Assembly (NCBI GenBank): GCA_038087875.1 | Contig: CM075998.1 | Coordinates: forward strand, 684,001-748,000 | Origin: Malacoraja senta | Lineage: Eukaryota | Length of the DNA stretch: 64,000 bases | Reading direction: 5' to 3' | In this document: positions 57,517-64,000 of the stretch, in pieces | Numbering within the stretch: the first letter of the stretch is position 1 | Layout: each line of letters starts with the position of its first letter | The notes under the pieces: generated by a model | Seen by the model: only the letters and a program-made list of their open reading frames with translations | What the model was told of the DNA's origin: nothing | Databases searched by the model: none | Translations under genes and position numbers: made by a program

Positions 57517-57837
57517 CTGGCAAAAGAGCATGTGAACTGTTAAGCTCAAAAACCCCGCACATCATGTTATCACCATTGAGCAATAGTTAATATATCAGGG
57601 CATTTATTGAATTGTCTCTAGGCTCTGGCGGAAAGCCTAGCTCTGCTTCTGACCATAAGCCGAATATTAATTTTGACCTCCGCTATCATTCGAATCCAGA
57701 TTTGGCCACCATTCTGGACACTTCTCCTTCCATGACTCTTTAAGCTGAACGAATAAGGTATTCTTGGCTCAGGATGGCTTGACCCAGATGGAATAGGAAA
57801 GGGGATGAAAAAGAGGGGGATGGGGCAATTTTGACTT

Positions 57838-57953
57838 CAATTTATTTGCCTCTGTACTCCACAATTTGAGATTTGTAATAGAAAAAAAATCACATGTGGT
57901 TAAAGTGCACATTGTCAGATTTTAATAAAGGCCATTTTTATACATTTTGGTTT
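57838..57953. mobile_element. Probable Tc1/mariner terminal fragment
   Basis: tttatttgcctctgtactccacaatttgagatttgtaatagaaaaaaaatcacatgtggttaaagtgcacattgtcagatttt resembles the end of fish Tc1 elements; recognition only. Confidence 0.45.
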
Positions 57954-59589
57954 TTTAAGCAGAGGATGGTGTAGACATAAACCCTTTTAACAGGACATGT
58001 ACATGTACTTGGAGCCATGGCCTACTGACTCAGTGCTGGAACTTGGAATTATGAAGCTTTTGGATTGGCACAGGGACAGTGGGCCATAGTCTCATTTTAT
58101 GATTCCACATGCCCTAAAGTGGTATTGGAGTTAGGCACGTGCAGCAATTGTCCCTGCAGCAGTTTGTTAAGTAAGGTTAAATAAAGGTGAGCCTATGCCA
58201 AGTGACAGCACTTCACTATAAACGAGATGTCTATTTATCATGGCAGATTATAGGCCTTCAGAGGCACTGTCTAAATGCAGTAGTCCAGATCTTGATTCTA
58301 CGAGTCCAATTCAATTAAGGGAGCAGCCATCTCACATTTAGCATGTGTTTGAAAGAAGTTGAGGAATCCTGGCACAAATTATAAAATGTGGCTCTCATTA
58401 TTTGACTGAGAGGAAGCTGGACCATGCTGCCATATAGGGAATGAAAAATTTGCACCCACCCAGAGGGTTTTCACTTCTAGAGTGCTTGGGTCTGCAACAA
58501 TAGCTGAAGGGACTCATGGGCTTCTTCACTGAGTCACCAGGCACCGCAGTCTTGACAAGGCACTGCTGGCGGTGGCTCACACAGGCCCTTTCTAGCTGGC
58601 TCATTCCTGCTTAACTGATCACCGCTCCCTTTCAGGTAGTGATTCCCTCTCCAATGGATGGCAAGTTACAAACCATGGGGCATTACAGTGTCGTGGGGGG
58701 GATCGCTATAAAAAGATGGGTGAATTATCAGTCACTGACAATTTTTACTTGGCCCTGTAAGATGAGTGAGTAATAAAATCCTTGCCCTTTATTCCCTGCA
58801 GAACATGTTATTTCATTCTCTTTTGAAAGATATTTGCAAAACACAAGCGTGACCTCCACCAGTGGCACTAACAAGGCAGTAAAGAATGTCAGCTGTTATA
58901 AAATCATCACCCTCCTATTGCTTCAGTGGAGTAAGATGAATCCCATTTTGTACTTTGTGAGGTGTAGTCTTGCATTAACCCGAATGTCTGAATCCTGGTC
59001 TAATCCTCGGCTCAGCTTCCAGACTGCAGTTTTAAAGCTGCCAACCTCATCTATTGCATTTGGTGCTCTTGATGTAGCCTCCTCTACATTGGCGAGACCA
59101 AGAGCTGAGAAGGCGACTGTTTTGCAGAGCACGTGTGCTCTGCCCTCAATAACTATCCTGACCTCCTAGTTGCATGCCATTTCAACTCCTCTTCCCATTC
59201 CCATATCGCCCTCTCTGTCCTCAGCTACTCCACTACAACAATGAGGCCAAATGCAAACTATAAGAACAGCATCTAATATTCCACTTGGGTAGCCTAGCAT
59301 ACATCCCACGAAGTGCTGAGTTACTCCAGCACTTTGTGTCTTTCCCACATCCCCAGTGTTTTGTTCCCACTCCTGCTGGTCCACCTTAGTACTCTCTCCC
59401 TTTGTTCTCCTTTTCCATTTTTACCATTATCTAGATTTCCCACCTGGCTCCAGCTGCCCATCATCCCCCACCTCATCTAGTTCTACCTATCAGCATCCGG
59501 CCTCACTCCTCCCCCTCACCTCTTTATACTGGCTATCTCCCCACTACACTCTCAGTCCTGATCTCGACACAAAACGTTGAATATCCCTT

Positions 59590-59733
59590 TGGAGTGTGGG
59601 TGGAAGCCAGAGCATCCGGAGAAAACCCACGCCGTCACAGGGAGAACGTACAAACTCCGTACAGTATAGCACCCATGGTCAGGATCGAACCTGGGTCTCT
59701 GGTGCTGTGAGGCAGCAACTCTACCGCTGTGCC
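59590..59733 (-). mobile_element. V-SINE 5' part
   Basis: Reverse complement of ggcacagcggtagagttgctgcctcacagcaccagagacccaggttcgatcctgacc. Confidence 0.75.
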
Positions 59734-62674
59734 AGTTTCATCTTTCTTTTATTTACCTCTTCCATTTTTCAAAGAGGACCGCTGTACCCTTCAATAAAAA
59801 TGAAGGCTAAAACATTTTAAATGTATCTCAATATGATCCTGAAAAATTCAGGTGTAAGGGAATGAGCTTTGATGTGCTGAATCTCTTTTTTCAGATATTC
59901 TTCGTTGCTTCTACTGAAAAGTAGTTTCCTGACTAATTTGAAGTATTGTGTACAGCAGACGAACTCCCGCTGGGAAAGGTCAGGCAGGTATGGTGACTTG
60001 ACTTAAGGCTATTTAAACTGGAGGTCAGCCTTCAAAATTAGAAGCAAGGTGTTTTTTTTGATAATTTAAAAGAGCAAAACAGAAGCCCATTGAGAACATT
60101 CTAGACAATTCCACATAATTGATTTACTTGGAAATTCCCAATGCTCCTTTGCCCTAGTTGCTAGTGGTATGGAAGCAGTGGTTTAAATTACTAGATTAAC
60201 AATGAGAGGTTTAGCCCATTGATCTAGTGACACAAGTTTAGATCCCACAACTTTGAATGGGGAATTTAATTCAGGTGATTACATTAATCTGAAATTTAAA
60301 GGGGAATAACTACAGGATTGTTGTAAAAACCTATCTGGTTCACTAATGTTCTTCAGGGATGGAAATCTGCCCTCCTTATGAAGTCTGGGCTATCTGTGAC
60401 TCTAGGGGCAATTAGGAATGGAAAATTAATGCTGACGTTCCCATGTCTCAGGTAATTTTTGAAAATTCTTTAAAATCTCTGATTTCCAGTGGTTCTAGTT
60501 TCCACAACATATATGTTCTACCTGGAGATGTAGTTAAAGGGAAGCTCCAACAGAGACAGCATTCAGAGCATGGGGGATGGTCCTTGGACTGATCATGAGT
60601 GGACACCATCTGGGGGAGGAGATGCCAAATGCACCTTTTGAAAATCTCATGTCAGCCAGCAATAGGCGGCTCTTGGCCATGCAAACCAAGTACAGTGTTC
60701 CAGGTGTTGACACTATTTAGGAGAGTGTTCCACGGGCGGAAGGAATAACAGTTGGAGTTCTCCCAAGGTTCTGGAATTTCCCCCCTCTACAATGCTTCAC
60801 AAAACCTACTTCTTTCACCTGACCTTTGGTTATTCTCATGAGAAGAATTTTGGGACCTTTCCTGTTATATAAATGTAAGGCATTGATGGTAATATGTATG
60901 GTCTTGTAGCGAAGCACTGTCTCAATGCATGGCCCTCATGCATCCATGGAAATTAATAGCTCTTACACCACTCTAGTCATAATCCTGTGAAGAACTGACA
61001 GTGCAATGTGGCCCATCTAAGAATGGGCCCAGACTGAAGCATAGCCATCCTGACACAGGTCTAGGTGGCTTTCTCTGTACTCTTTCTATCAAACCAAGCC
61101 TCATATGTTCCTGGTGTCAACTTTTGTTTGATATCCTTCTGGAAAGATTCTTGCTATGTTAAGAACATTATTCAAATGAGAGTTGTTATTTCCTGGTTTG
61201 AATACATCTTGGAGCCTCAGAAGGAGAGGTGACATTAAACAGAGTCTCAGAAAACCACCAGGAAAGCCTTCCTAAAAGAACATTTACCTTTATTAGGGGG
61301 CATCTTGCACAGTGCCTTCTGATATGCTCCAGAGTATTATGTTGTATTATTAGACAATGCGTTCTCTGACTTACCACGAGCAATATGCGCTGCCTCACTG
61401 GCATTCTGGTCTCGTGACCTGAGGATTCCATCACGTCTGTGTTAATAGCCCCAAGCCCCGGTGGAATTGTAACCTCTGGAGCCAAAGTGTTACCTCTTCC
61501 ACTGGAACATTCAATACTGACTTGGCTGACAAGTGGCAGGTTGCAGCGATGGAGCAGGAAGGGAAGGTTCCCCAGCCACTTGCCCCATCCGGTGTCACTA
61601 AGAGCCTAGGTCAGGGTCATTACAGACTGAGTGGGATATGTGCTCTCAGATTGCAGTTTTGTAATCTCTGTAAAACTGTGGTTAGCATTGTACAGTCCAC
61701 AAACATCACTTTGTATATAAATCTTATTGGACATAAAGAATAATACATCACAAATGTCTTTGGGCAGACTCTAACTGCAGAACCTGTTTAATGTTGCTGA
61801 TTGATCAGTGGGTCATAAAGCGAGCCCATTGAGTCCACTCAATTGATAAAGAACATCATGGGAGTTTTGCCTCACTCCATAGATACGACCCAACTGGGGG
61901 GGGAGAGGGAGCAGCACCACTCCCATGATGTCTTGAGACCTTTCTGCACATGCTCAGTAAAAATGAGGAAGGTTTGGCCCAAATAAGACAAAATTTGTGA
62001 ATTTTGAGAATGAGGCCATTCAAGCCAGAGATGGGAACCAGGCAGCAGACAAGAAATGGCAGACTTGCAATTTTATAGCGCCTCATCGCATTGCTCAGAA
62101 ACATCTCATTGAATGAATTGCTTTGAGAGCTGAGTCACTGTTACAGAGCCAAATGCAGCAGGCAATTTGCGCACAGCAAGATCAAACAAACAGCAATAAA
62201 ATGAATGGCCAGCCTACGTGTTGTTGCAAGAGATGAACGTTCATCAGGATATTGGGAAAATTCCCTGCCCTACTTCCAAGAGTGCATCATTATTGTCTTG
62301 GGGCAAGTATATAATGCCTCCTGCGAAACAGACAGAAGCTATGATGTTGCGATTGGAGGGACAGTGTAGATAATGCGCTCAAGTCCTAGAGTGGGGCTTG
62401 AACCCACAGCCTACTGACTTGAGGGGTGAAAGTGCAACCAGCCATGCTAACCTGAAACCTAATGAAGACAAGATTTGCAAGACACAGTAAGTCTTGGTAG
62501 AGGAGGCAAGGAAATGTGAACAGTTCCACACTTCTGATGTGCACCAAGTTAGTCTAAGCGGCTGGAACACTGACTTTAATCGTTTGTGCAATCTGACATA
62601 TTGAATCTCGCTTGTCATACGGTCACTGCCCACAGCACAATCTACAATTTGACCATTGATTCATAGATGCTCAC

Positions 62675-62867
62675 CTATACAGACGACATCCATGAAGCCA
62701 TACATCCCGTAACAGATCTGGAAGAGCAGGTCCTGTCTCTGCCACTTAGCCGACGGACTGAGGGAGGACCAAATTAACCAGGAGATGCTAGCAATTAGGA
62801 AGAGGGAGCCAAGGATGATTGCGGCTATCTGCACCTTTTCAATCACTGTGAGGGAGATTGCCTGCCA
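62675..62867 (-). CDS. MARCHF9: MARCHF9 penultimate coding exon (two TM helices); RING-CH exons lie beyond the window
   Basis: ttcc[66 protein letters not shown](G)|GTgag; phase 1 fits the last exon. Confidence 0.93.
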
Positions 62868-64000
62868 CTGGAATGGGAGGGGTGAGGGCGCAAAAGATGG
62901 AAGGCGAGAGAATACAAGGTGGAAAGAGAGAGGGGGCAAAATAGCGTGACAGACCAGAGACAAGATGAAACGGGAGGCAGAAATAAAACACAGAATGAAC
63001 AAGTTAGAATGGGGAAGGGGAGAGAAATTAAGATTATGTGAGCAATTTCAACACAAGAGAATGAGTGGGCCAGGGTTGGGAACATGAGAGGGAAAGAGAA
63101 TAACATTAAAGCTAAGCACCTGTTGCTAGTATCACATGATTCCAATGCAATTGCGCATGAAATTATGACATCTTGGGACTCTTAATCCCAGGGAGTCACC
63201 TAAAGGTCTGGCCCGCGAGATGGCTCAAGTTACAGCTGAATGAACAAGCCCTGAGGATTGCTCAGAAAAATTAGCACTCTAACATGACAGATCGATTGGC
63301 GTTGGGATGGGACTGGCCGTCAAAGTGCGAAGCAGTTCCAGGTGTAGCATAGGTTGGATACGGGATCTGTCTTAGCAAGGATGCCTTAACTCACGTTTCA
63401 GCACGGTTCAGTTCCACTATGAAATGTGAAAACTAATGAGCTGTGGCTTTGTGTCTGGGTTTCCATTTCCACTCTCCCCCTACCCCACTTCCATTCCTTC
63501 CTTCAACTCATTCCTTTTTCCCCAGCAGAGATGAGAGACTTGCTCCATCAGCTTCTGGGGATGGATTTCAACTCAAGGGCTGAAAGGATGTCACTCTTGC
63601 CTACTCTGCCAATCTGCACACACCATTTGCCCCTTAAATTGCTACCTGCCTCATTTGCCTTTATCTCATGCCATTTGCTTTTTTTAAACCTCCTTTTCCT
63701 CTGTGCCCGTGTCATCTCCCTGGCTGAGTGTGGCATGGTAGCGAAAGGGATGTCCTGCTGGTATGGTAACCAATTCCGAGCTAACTGGGCTACTGGACAC
63801 AGGGTTGAAATGACATATTTACACACACTTGGTGCTGGGCAGCAAAAGTCAGAGAAGTTAATGAACCATGTGTGGGAATAAAGGAAATATCAGACACAAG
63901 GCAGCACAGATTTGACAGCAAATCACCCCCCTGCCCCTCCTCCACCTCAATCTTGGCAGGCCCCTTAAAGGGAAGTAGGCACACACCACCTTCTGCAGGT

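Noticed and set aside
57194..62867. MARCHF4 as an alternative identity
   Set aside because: VQIAAI and [10 protein letters not shown] fit MARCHF9, as does synteny with CYP27B1/METTL1.

Overview
Vertebrate genomic DNA with spliced genes. The repeat families (V-SINE/Deu-SINE, CR1, Rex1, Penelope-derived elements) point to a cartilaginous fish, probably a skate or ray (inference). The window matches the human 12q14.1 cluster. Contents: AVIL last exon (+, 401-514); complete TSFM (-, 6 exons, 319 aa, 3837-9043); a lone first coding exon of EEF1AKMT3/METTL21B (-, 12060-12218) whose downstream exons I could not find; complete CYP27B1 (-, 9 exons, 499 aa, 24127-32427); complete METTL1 (-, 6 exons, 264 aa, 39282-44943); the last two exons of MARCHF9 (-, 57194-62867). 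I checked exon boundaries by hand for GT/AG and phase. The rest is largely retroelements, including a near full-length CR1 LINE nested in a TSD-flanked Penelope-derived element. Most notable: the orphan EEF1AKMT3 exon, phase-compatible with TSFM exon 2; inversion of the METTL1-CYP27B1 block relative to human; a 354-bp tandem duplication of the METTL1 exon 3 acceptor; a 40-bp-period heat-shock-element array upstream of METTL1; hammerhead-like cores in the Penelope-derived repeats. I found no clearly new multi-gene system.
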